Both the position numbers and the translations under genes were made by a program. From Aplysia californica (lineage: Eukaryota), in NCBI RefSeq assembly GCF_000002075.1, contig NW_004797304.1:975328-1038506 (forward strand): DNA of 63,179 nt, given 5' to 3'. The notes beneath the pieces were generated by a model. That model searched no databases, was not told the DNA's origin, and worked only from the letters and a program-made list of their open reading frames with translations. The stretch's first letter is position 1. Every line of letters starts with the position of its first letter. Below are positions 12,363 through 22,752 of this stretch, piece after piece.

Positions 12363-14394
12363 GTAAAAAGATGAAGGAAATTTGGAGTAATGATTACCTT
12401 ACACGATACCCATAACCATTTGACTGAGAGGCAGACGAATTCGGTTGTTCAATTTCAATACCAAAGTTGTCGAAGCCCACAAAACCTGGCCTAATCAGTT
12501 GGAATTGCAAAATGGCCTGGTTTTGCGGGCTTCGACAACTTTGGCGACTATCACATAGTAGTGCTGTTATTCCTTCATTTTCAACCAAAATTACGGCAAA
12601 ATATTTGAGAGGATGATTTTGCTGAAACCAAAGAAGAGGAAATTTCAGATGAAGATGCCTACGTGATTTCTGTTGAATGTCTTTTGAACCAGTGTAAGCT
12701 TTGCACAAGGCTTTGAGGCTCTGATAGAGATTGTGTTGGAAGACTGAAAAAGGTTTGGGATAGGTCTACTGCTTGGGGTGAAACATTTTTTTTTCAAGGA
12801 CTTTTTTTGTGAGTCTAGATCTAAACAGATGATCTGTGTTGAATCACAACATCCTATAATTTCTGTGATAGACTCTCAAAACCTAAACGAAATAAAAAGG
12901 GCGGAAACGAAAAACCCAGGTGAGAATAATATGTGGAGTAGGCCTATTCTCACCCCTAAAAACCAATAATACTACTCCATTACACTGTATTATGCAGGCT
13001 ACAGAGACAAATAGACATAATCTCAAATTTGAGAATAAATTGGGCATGCATCAAATTAAGTACACTGCTTACAATTCAGGGGATTACTATAATCTGGTTT
13101 TGGACCCAACGATAACTATGGAGTGTGGGTTTCGGCTTCACCAACGATTACATCTGGTTCTAAACGAACTTTTTGACATACATGTAGATGTTTGATGTGT
13201 GTTGAGCAAAAGACCAATAAATTATGCTTTATGGTTAAATTATATAAAATAGGGAGGGGGGGGGGGGGGCTAAAAAAAAAACCTTGTTTTTTAAGGTCAC
13301 GGGGGGCAAGCCCCTCTAAAACCCCTGTTAAAAACGTGTGAAAGATTTTACTGCTCATTTGATTTTGTACTGTAAAATAGCAGTGCATCTCTCGTTTTCT
13401 TTTGGATAAAACATCAATACCCAGTATTTAAGTCAGTATCGATATCCAGTACTCTTGGGGCCAAAACCGGAGAATGCCAGACTTAAATTTAATATACGCA
13501 TAGAGCCTACTTTTTATACACACACAGAGTAGAGTCTAAATTTACTGCACACTGTAGGGCTACTGTAGTAGTGTAGAGTTAACCCTAGAAGCGTGCAGGT
13601 CCTAAGGGCGTGAGCAGGGCTACCTGGGAAGCGGCCAGGCCCTATAGACCAAGATTTTCTAGATCTAGATACCTAGGCGGCAATTTTGTAGTTTCGTTAG
13701 TTAAAGACCAAAGCTGAACGCCAGAGACCCTGAATTGCCAGGTAATCATTGAGGGGAAAATCAAAATTTAAACAAAGAATGGCCCTTTTTCGGCAGTTCC
13801 CACCCCTAATTATTATTTGCCGGTCTGGGCCCTAAGAGTCAAGAGTAGGTTCAGGGGTGCAGGGCTATATAATTTGATGTTTTGCAGTTAGGTTGCATTC
13901 CTGTTCTTTGTGTTGCCTATTTGGACATCAAGACTTCCAGATTTCTTCTCTGGAAGTAAACAAATACGTGGTGGACTTTAACGAACGGAACTAGAATCAA
14001 GGCTACCGACCCGAGATTCTTCATTGAGAGAGACAACTGGGGAAAATCATGAATTCCTAAGGTTGTCGAGACAGGCAAAAGTAAATCTAGATCTAGTCCT
14101 AATCCACTGGTCCAGTATTCTTCAATCTTACCAGGTTAAGTAGATCTAGGGCTGGATTGAACTTTGGTGGACCCACCGTGTTTATATTATTAATACGCAC
14201 TAGGCAAACAACGGACTGTACAGTCATGGGTCCTAATCGACCGCTACGCGAACTAGTTCCTGGCGACGCGAGGTGGAGGGAGTGAGGGCTGCGAGACTGC
14301 CCCCGAAGAACCAACGCGAGGCGGAGTGAGTGAGGGCTGAGAGACTTCCTCGAGGAACCGACGCGAGGCGGAGTGAGTGAGGGCTGCCAGAATA

Positions 14395-14397
<3 letters not shown>

Positions 14398-14430
<33 letters not shown>
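14398..14430. repeat. (GA)n microsatellite inside the Merlin element
   Basis: Direct reading. Confidence 0.95.
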
Positions 14431-14433
<3 letters not shown>

Positions 14434-14705
14434 GGGACGAGACAAAATTGTAAACTGACCTGCATTATCATCACTCTTGAAAATCATCCGAATCGTTGAA
14501 AAGATCAAAGTCCGGGATATCAAATCCTCGGATGAGGACGTTTACCGCAGGAACAGGTGCAGGGTTCTCACTATTAACATTAACTGATCCCAGCCGCTGT
14601 TTCTTTTGAGGGGGAGGCAGTGGAGCGAGACCAGAAGGAGCGGATGGACCAGCGCCAGCAGGTTCCCGATTTTCCTGATTATCAGCAGGTTCTCGACTTT
14701 CTTGA

Positions 14706-15643
14706 TTAGACCTGCATGTAGGCTTGTTTTTGCTCCTTAGAGCCAAGATGGCCTTCTTCCTTTGAGTAGAGTAGTCCAACAGCTTTAAGAAATTCTAAGA
14801 AAGGCTGCTGCTTTCCGAATTTTCTTTTTTTTTTAAATTCGGCAAGGTAGCCGCTTATTAAACTCCTGGCAAAACTCTTTTTGCTTTTTTTTATGCAGTG
14901 CCACGTTGTTTCGATGTGGTTGGTGTGTGCACCAGTTTCGGGGTCCTTGAAATTCTTACTGTGATTTACAGTTTGGTGTTGGTACCCCAACGTTGCGATA
15001 GTGGAGTATCCCTTCCAGCAGTCAGAAATTACAACCGACCCTCTCCTAATATATTTCTCAATTAAGGGAATCAACGTTGCTGCTGATCGGTCCTCCACCA
15101 CCACAAAAAAACAATTTTCCTTATTGTCTCTTTCAATCCCCCCAAAAACCCACACTCCATCTACATGTTTCCCCCTGTGATATATTTTCTTTTCCCAAAT
15201 TTACTTTCATCTATCTCTACTACCACACCTTCCCCTCCAATCTGACTGTACCTATCACTGTCTAAAATATCCACACATACATCCCTACAAAAGTTGAACC
15301 AGTCTACTACAGTCTTTTCACTAACCCCACTGTTTATTGGAATAGTCGGCTGCCCAAAAATAAATAATTTTCACTATTGTCTCTAAAGTTAAATGTGATT
15401 TTGAGAAATTTAAGCTCCCAGTCCGGATAATTTTTTCCTGCACTGTCTGTTCTGGCACCTCCAAATTTCCTTATCCACAGAAACCGAACTGTCCTTTAAA
15501 GATGAAAAATATGCACCACAACTACACGTTGTGTCCGAAAAATCAAATAAAAGTTGTCTGCTTCTCAACCACTCCTTCAGTCCATCGGAATGTAAAATCT
15601 CCGCTAAACGGAATAAGCCAAAATAGTCATGATAGGAAGCCAT
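14706..15643 (-). pseudogene. Frameshifted IS1595/ISXO2-like (Merlin) DDE transposase
   Basis: N-terminal Zn-ribbon (CSCG...WRCQNRQCRKK), middle VVDWFNFCRDVC and KFGKRKYHRG, catalytic region WVFGGIERD...SDCWKGY...HQTVNHS...HTNHIE; broken into several frames. Confidence 0.85.
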
Positions 15644-16750
15644 GGTTCGACATCATGCCTCATCAACAAACAACAGAGACTAACTAAAATGAGCGGGACA
15701 ATGCAGAGATACCCAGATGACTTATCAGTTCAAACAATACAAATTAGCGCGCGTAATTGCCCATTGTTGCGTAATGTCTTGGAGGCTGGCTTACGTTTGG
15801 TGGACCGCACCTCCAGCACTTTGACTACGTCGACAGCGATGGGGGCGGGGGGGCCTGCCCCCCTAGTCACAATGATAATTAAGAAAACACTTGGAGGATG
15901 GCTTACGTTTGGTGGACCGCACCTTCAGCAGTTTGGTTACGAAAACTTATAGTATTCGACAGCGGAGGGTGGATGGGAGGTGGGGGGGGGTTTCAGGGGG
16001 GCCTGCCCCCCTGGCCACAATGATCATTGAGAAAACACACATAATGCAAATCAATAATAAACAGAAAACAAAAGGGGACCATGAACATTTTAAATAGTTG
16101 GTTCTGCCCAAGAACTTTAGTGGACCCACATTGCCAGCCAAGGCTAGGCATTAGATACCATGATAAATGCGCTGGTGAAGTTTACCGGACCAGTGAAGAG
16201 AGGGGGAGACATGGTGGAGGTGGTGCCATGCCGTGACTAGATTGACCAATCAACGCTTGGGTCTAGCCACTCGCGCCAACTCACGGGCTTTGCGGTGGAA
16301 AAATCCGGTAGAAACTTTCAGTTGACTAAATGAGCCCGAAGTGAGAGGATGCAGGCAAGAGAGGGAGAGGAGAGAGAGCGCGCCGTGGCGGCCTACGGCC
16401 GCAAGGCCGCGCTGCGGCCAAGGAAGAACAGTGGACCAGCGCATGGCATCACACGACGCCCAAAAGTAGTTCCGGCCCCCCTCAATGGTGGGTCCACCAA
16501 AGTTCAATCTTACCTAGGTCTAGATCTTGTACCGAAGAATTAGGCCTTTAAGGTTTTAAGACTCAGAATAAGATCACTTCTTGTAGCTTCTATCTACTTC
16601 TGCTACGGCTGGCCAATTTATTAATATTGTTATTGAATAGGATAGGACCATTTACACATTCCTCACTCTCACCGAAACAACTGAAACTAAACAAATTAAG
16701 AAACAGGGCTTTGGCAAAAAATGTAAGCACAAAAGTTTGACTGCACTCAC

Positions 16751-16850
16751 TTTTTTCTCAACCGAAAGTAAATTTGATTTTTAAGTTCATTCGGCATTGA
16801 TTCTCATCACTCGAGCGTCTGTCCAGCACAAGAAGCAATTCTATGAGGAA
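16751..16850 (-). other. CBLL1: Putative non-coding exon 1 of Hakai
   Basis: Strong donor GAAAAAA|GTGAGT at 16750 on the minus strand next to promoter-like motifs; the 5' boundary is unknown. Confidence 0.45.
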
Positions 16851-17170
16851 TGAGGAGTTATCGATAAACCGGAAACTGTTTTACTCGAATTATAAAATCT
16901 TTTTAAAATGTGTACCAAACGAATTAGGTCCCGAATGAACCATAAAAAGCCACCATTACTCAAGCCTCTGTTGAAATTAATCTAACAAAGAAAGAAACGA
17001 CGTTTGTTCAAATCTTTAGATGAAAGTTCATTCAGTACCTTTTATTAAAATTAACATAATTCAAGAAGTGATTATTCTTCCGACATTACTCGATGTCGGG
17101 ACTAACTGGACGCATTTCTTTATCAACCCTTTCAACAGTGCGCCAAGTAGCCGCTGAACATGGCGTTGTT
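16850..17170. promoter_or_regulatory. Putative bidirectional promoter between Hakai (-) and MBD4/MeCP2 (+)
   Basis: DRE-type palindrome TATCGATA 16859-16866, ETS core CCGGAA 16869-16874, YY1-like AACATGGCG ~17157-17165; outward-facing splice donors at 16750 (-) and 17298 (+). Confidence 0.45.
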
Positions 17171-17297
17171 TTGAGGAACTTGTAATCTAGGCAAGGCTAG
17201 ATTCTATCAAGAAGAGCTCTCTCCGTTCACGTCAGAGCTGTCTTTGTTCCAGAAGTTTACACACTGAGCACCTCTATGACCTGTTAAGGACTCAAAA
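17150..17297 (+). other. MBD4: Putative non-coding exon 1 of MBD4/MeCP2 gene
   Basis: Donor AAAA|GTGAGA at 17298; the first coding exon (22522) has an acceptor, so an upstream exon is required. An alternative TSS candidate lies at ~17848-17870 (CTTCCGG...AAAATGGCG). Confidence 0.35.
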
Positions 17298-19001
17298 GTG
17301 AGAACAAATTTATTTGCTAAATCTATCATATTGTATCTGTTCATCATAGATGTCCAACTTGATCATGATTGAGCAAGCTGTAAGAATTTTATAAAGCGCC
17401 GGAAAGTGAACCTTCGCTTGCACAGAAGTGGCACTGCTATTGGCAATAGCCAGTCGACTGAATCATTTGATTCAGAGTTGGTTGAGAGAAGTGGTGTGTA
17501 TGGAGAAGCAACAACCAAGACGATCTTAATCTATGACATTATTATCATGATGAGCTTGAAATTGAAGGCAGTGGCAATGGGGCCACCTCTAATGCTCTAT
17601 TCTCACCCTGGGTGAGAATAGCGCAGGCAAGTTTTTTGGCTATTCTCACCCGGTGTGCGTTCACCGTTATAGCCTAGGCCTTTAGGGCAACCAGTGTAGC
17701 GTTCACCCTGAACCACAGAATTCTACACTGTGATAACAGAATTGTAGAATTCTGTGTCGTGAACAAACGTTCCATTTCTACTGTGTTAGTAGAAAAGCGT
17801 GCAATTTTGTCTGTGGAGAGAAAGAGAGAGACGAGTAGCGCAAGAACTTCCGGGCAAAACAAAATGGCGACCCGCGTAGTTCGGCTCGATTCGAAAAGTT
17901 AAATAGCAGCAGTATCTTTGAAGACAACCAAATTAATTTACGTGTTTTAACATCATTTTTTAACTCTAGAGATATTCCTGCGGGGTTAACCGGAAGAGGG
18001 CTCCTATCGATCGATGACCCACTTACGTCGCCCTCGAGCTTGTGCCGCGGGCACCGTGGTCAGACACCAGTCACGCGAGCGTGCCGCGGCAGGTTAGGGA
18101 AACACCTCATCTTTTATATTACGCAGTGGCTATTATTATATTATAGCAAACTGATACGATCAAGGAATAAAAGTTACGTTCACACGAATAATCCCATATC
18201 TCCTCGTCGGTTGATCAGAGACGCTGAGATTGGAAGTTACACCAAATCGAATAACTTTTCCAGAGTTTTCCTGATTTCACACTTAAATTGTTATGAATGA
18301 ACTTGCGAACAGCTGCTTATCAGCTATCGTTCGAAAGAGGAAAAAAATGGGATAATTTCAGAATTTTTTTTATTCAGTTGCTCTCGAATTTCTCCCTCTG
18401 GTAGGACAATGGTTCAAAAACCACCAAATATGATTATTTACATCAGGAAACGTTTGGTGTAAGAATTAGATCGTTTGAAAAGTGAGGAAAGGTGTTTGCA
18501 TTGAAAGATCATGAAAGTCCTATTTCCTGAATATAGTCCTTTCGAGTCCCTCAAGTAAGTGTCTAACTGGGTCAAAATGCTCATATTTCATTGGATGAAC
18601 GTATCACCCGACGCTCTGTTATCTCTACCAACGCCTCGCGTTCCAAAACAATGCAGTAAGTTCCAGATGGACTCACAGGCACTTAAGCAGACTGACGCAC
18701 ACACATTTTAGCACACAGATGCAGACCCCGCAATAAACGAAATGCGTTGCCCGCATGGGACGACGACTGATCAGGGACCAGCTGTGGAGTGCCGCGCGGG
18801 ATTGCGCTTCGGGCAAACATTTATCAGGGACCAGAATCTTAAGGGTTAACTTTGCTTTGGTCAATTTGATCGTCCACACCGAGGCTACCAAAATAAATCA
18901 GGCAAAGCAGGCCACGGCCCGCGCGATTCGAGAGGGCTGGTTAGATCAACTACTGACCAGGCGAGACGGACGCAGGTAGAAGCAGCGCAGTGCATGCATG
19001 A

Positions 19002-19072
<71 letters not shown>
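19002..19072. repeat. (CT)n microsatellite
   Basis: Direct reading. Confidence 0.95.
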
Positions 19073-19074
<2 letters not shown>

Positions 19075-19269
19075 CCGGAAAAGTGGAACCAAAACTACTC
19101 AATATTCGTTTTTGTGGTGTTTTTTTAAGTGTGTTTGTGTGGGTGTGTTTGTTTTTCTCTCATAAACCCAAAGACTTAAATGGAGCTTGTTGAAGTGACG
19201 GATTTAAATTAGTTAAAGGCAATCACTTTGATGAGTTACTAATTAAAGTAGCCCAAGCACCCTAATAAG

Positions 19270-19471
19270 ATTCAAACGAAAACAGAAAGGTTTCGTTTTC
19301 TCATCCTTACACCTTCAGGCCAGTGTCGGCCACATACACCCATGTCATGTATTTTGTGACATTATTTACAGTTTTCTCCTTGTTGGGAATAGCTTTGATC
19401 CAATCACAACGTTGTTTTCGCTCACTGTCAAAATTAGTGTCACAATCACCAACAGAATACTTTCGTGGCAT
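19270..19471 (-). pseudogene. Degenerate THAP zinc-finger coding remnant (P-element/THAP-type transposon)
   Basis: MPRKYSVGDC...WIKAIPN...NVTKYM, then after a 5-bp ACATG duplication GVCGRHWPEG: C2CH THAP pattern with the first Cys mutated (TAT). Confidence 0.6.
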
Positions 19472-21058
19472 CTTGATAAATGTTTAAACTACCAAAGAAG
19501 AAAAAAAACACAAATAGAAAAATACCATAGAATCGATATAAATTAGGATGATTTTGGCTCTCAACTCTAAGGCAAGGGAACTTGGTTTTCTTCCTCTGTC
19601 TTGAGTTTGAGTGAACTTGCAGTAGTTTTACTGACTATATCTAGATCTAGATCTAGTTTTAAACACTTGTACAAGTAAGTCGCAGTCACACAGGCACAGA
19701 TCTAAAGTAGATCTCAATGCTGCACTTGCTTTTTACTTTACTTTTACTTTTATTGACATCTCTAGAATCTAGATCTAATCTAGATCTAGATCTAGCCTAC
19801 AATCCTTTAAAATGGGTACAAATCACCTCTTGATTTAAAATTATAATGCCAACAACTGTAGCCTGTAGCCCCCACCCAAAATAAAATAGAAACATTGGAT
19901 ATCTAATCTACTAAATGGGAAATTGTACAGTACAGTAAGGGTAACTTTCTCATTCTGTCAACACCACTCGCGAGTTAAGTTGAGAAGAAAAACTTTAAGC
20001 TAGGATCACCAACCTCTCCTACTCCTACTTCCCAGAGTCTCTAGTATTAGGCCTAGATCTAGGGGAAACAGAATCTATGAAGTTAACACAATACGTACCA
20101 GAACACGATAATTAACTATCACCGCATTCAAATAGGACACACACGGCTAAAGAAACACACTTTGGCACACACAACACAACATGGCATGGCACGCCATTAT
20201 TCATCGTTTAAGGTGGCATTGTCTGTTGATGGATCACATACTTCTCCTTGATTCGAATCAACACCAGCACTTAATAATATCCTGAAAACAGAATTTATGC
20301 CATAAAGCACAATAATAGTCAACTATCACATTCAAATCGGGAGCAAGGCTAATGAAACACACTCTGAATGAATACTTAGGAGCACGCACACAACACAACA
20401 CGGCACGTCATTGTCTACGACACCTTGTTAGCCTTGTAGGTACACACGGTTCAAATTTGCCCCCGGCCTTCTCGATAAGCCCTCTCGACCCTTTGTTTAC
20501 ATTCGGCTGCTGTTCCTGCTTTAGTTCCGGTATCCTCGGTCCACACCGATAGACAGTAAAGTATCATTAGAGTGGCTTCCTTTGGGTATTTACTTCATGA
20601 ACAGTACAGTGCGTCCATTCGTTGTTTAGTTATGTTAAGTGTGCCTGGTTGCGTTGTCGCCAGCAGTATGGAGCGTTCTACAGCCTGGCGACTTAAGTTG
20701 CACTTGCAGATGCTACTACAAGCGTTAAAAATATCGTCAAAGTTTTCTAAGATCATTTTTAACACGAAATATATAAAACACCGGCTCAAAAAAGGTACCA
20801 ATAGAAATTATATAGTTTATTTTCTATTACAATAATGTGAAGTCATCGGCTTGGAATTATTTTGCCTCAATCCTTCCGCGAATCTCTGAAAGCGTGACCC
20901 CTTCTCCCACTTGGAGAGCACTCAGTATACCACAGTATAGAGCTGATTCACCCACCATGGGGGCTGGTGCGGTGCCGGCCGTCACAGAGCTCTGTGTTTT
21001 TGTTGAAATAACGACAGATCATTGTGTTTGAGGCAATAAAATTTGATTTGCAAAAATA

Positions 21059-21920
21059 CAGTCGAACCTGCCTTTAAAATGGAAACCTGTGTAAAACGGA
21101 AACCTGTCTTTACGGAATCTCCCCGCTCCCCCCCCTTGATATATTCCTCTTTAATTACCTGTATAAAACGGAAACCTGTCTAACGTGGAAATGGAAAGAA
21201 AAATCCGCTCCCTTCCGAAGGTTTCACCTGTCTAAGACGGAAAATGCCTTGCCCGCTCAGCCCTGATTTTAAACAAAACTCGCAAGTTTGATTCCGCCGG
21301 CTCTAAACTTAACGCCATGGCCATACCGCTGGGCGAGAAAGGGGAGTAGGGGTGCAATGGGGGTAGAGTAGTAGTTACCCTTTGTTACCCCATCATGTGA
21401 GCACTGAGCGCTACAGATGGTCAGTGTAGTGTGGGTGTGATATCTCACGACTGCCCGTGAGAGTGCTCGAGTAGCCAGCCACTACGGAAACTTTCCTGGG
21501 TAGCCAGAAGCAAGAGGTGTGAAATAGATTGACCAATGCCTGCCGCCCTGATTGTACGGCCAGCCGAGAAAAGAGTTCCTCGAATCGTTGTTACGATGAT
21601 GGCAGTGAGGGGTGGCATTGGTGGGTGGGACTAAGAGTGGAAGCAAAGGAGGTGTTCCAACGTTTCTGTTTTTAATAGGTCAAACAGTGGTCCTATGAAA
21701 GGCAAGCACTGGTGGTAATTGGATAAATAAGACTGACGCATGTCACTATCAGACAGGATAGCAGCTGAGAGGTGTGAAGTTTTGATAACTGCTTGCCGAT
21801 CGGACAAGCGATCCTTGATCCCACCGGCTCAGCCTTTTGAACCCCCCCCCTAAATTCCCCTGTCTTAGACGGAATTTTTTTCCCGCTCCCTTGTGATTCC
21901 GTCTTACACAGGTTCGACTG
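21059..21920. mobile_element. pogo/Tigger-like MITE
   Basis: TA TSD; TIR CAGTCGAACCTG / CAGGTTCGACTG; subterminal GGAAACCTGT repeats. Confidence 0.8.
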
Positions 21921-21970
21921 TATCTCACGGTCTTGAAACAAAATTAGGCTCCTTATGTCATAGTGATTGT

Positions 21971-22263
21971 CAGGGATGCCAAATCTCAGTTTTTTCAGGC
22001 TTTTTCAGTTGTTGTTTTTTTTTCAAAAATTATTTGGCATCCCTGAAGAAGAAGGCCACTGACATAAGGTCCTTCTTCTCAAGACAGTATAATATTACTG
22101 GAATTGATTAAACAAAGTCCCCATACCCTTACAGAGGAAAGGGGAGAGATAAGAGAGATGTTTTTGTGTGCTCATTTTAAAACTTTACAAGGTTTGTTTT
22201 TTAGGTGAGATGTGATGCTCCACTCATTTTCAGGTTTTTTTTCAAAAATCGTTTGTCATCCCT
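21971..22263. mobile_element. Short hAT-like MITE
   Basis: CAGGGATGCCAAA with inverted TTTG(G/T)CATCCCT at ~22033 and ~22252; GATTGT on both flanks. Confidence 0.5.
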
Positions 22264-22535
22264 CGATTGTACTCGGTTGTAAATGTATAGAGATGTTTGA
22301 TGCATTTGGTACTCTTTTATTATCTCTGTCAAACATGGGGTTGCAGTCAGTCAGCGACTTTAGCAATATTTGATCATATTAAAAACAGCTACTTTGAAAA
22401 TTTAGTTTCTGGTACCTCTTCAACAATTTTGTAATTGCAAAGCATTAAGTTGTATGGGAAAATTTGGGGGTGGCATGCTTTCTTTTGATTTTATAATATA
22501 TATATCTCTTCTTTCTTTTAGGAAGGAGACTCACA

Positions 22536-22752
22536 ATGGACAGCACCGAGTCCAAGTCAACTGTTGCTGTAGAGCTTGTACCAGACGCTGAACTGTCTGC
22601 TCCTTCTAATTTATCTGCTCTCAGTGATTTGAATGAGACGGAAACATTTGCTAATGATGACTCTCCTGGCTCAGATCAAGATCAGGCAGAAAATGACAAG
22701 ACAAATGATGACAGCTTGGGACCAGGGGAAGAGGCTACATCTGACAGTGCTG
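22536..22752 (+). CDS. MBD4: MBD4 coding exon 1 (acidic N-terminus)
   Basis: Acceptor at 22520-22521, ACAATGG start, G|GTAAGT donor. Confidence 0.8.

Larger units (their letters stand above)
14149..16514 (-). mobile_element. Merlin (IS1016/IS1595-like) DNA transposon, ~2.37 kb, in Hakai intron 1
   Basis: TIR core GATTGAACTTTGGTGGACCCACC at 14155-14177, inverted at 16487-16509; GG...CC termini; 8-bp TSD TAGATCTA/TAGGTCTA (7/8 match); internal transposase remnants. Confidence 0.85.

Noticed and set aside
13579-13620. TTAA-CCCTAG start resembling a piggyBac end
   Set aside because: No matching inverted end was found in the window
14262-14390. CRISPR-like repeat array
   Set aside because: These are plain tandem repeats without unique spacers in a eukaryotic transposon; no cas genes
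14706-15155. Bacterial IS1595 insertion, contamination or horizontal transfer
   Set aside because: It is embedded in a eukaryotic intron with Merlin-type TIRs, an 8-bp TSD and a microsatellite; Merlin is the established eukaryotic branch of this family
20380-20600. Possible SAP-domain-like remnant on the minus strand (…GTKAGTAAECKQRVERA…)
   Set aside because: Similarity is too weak and interrupted to support without a profile search
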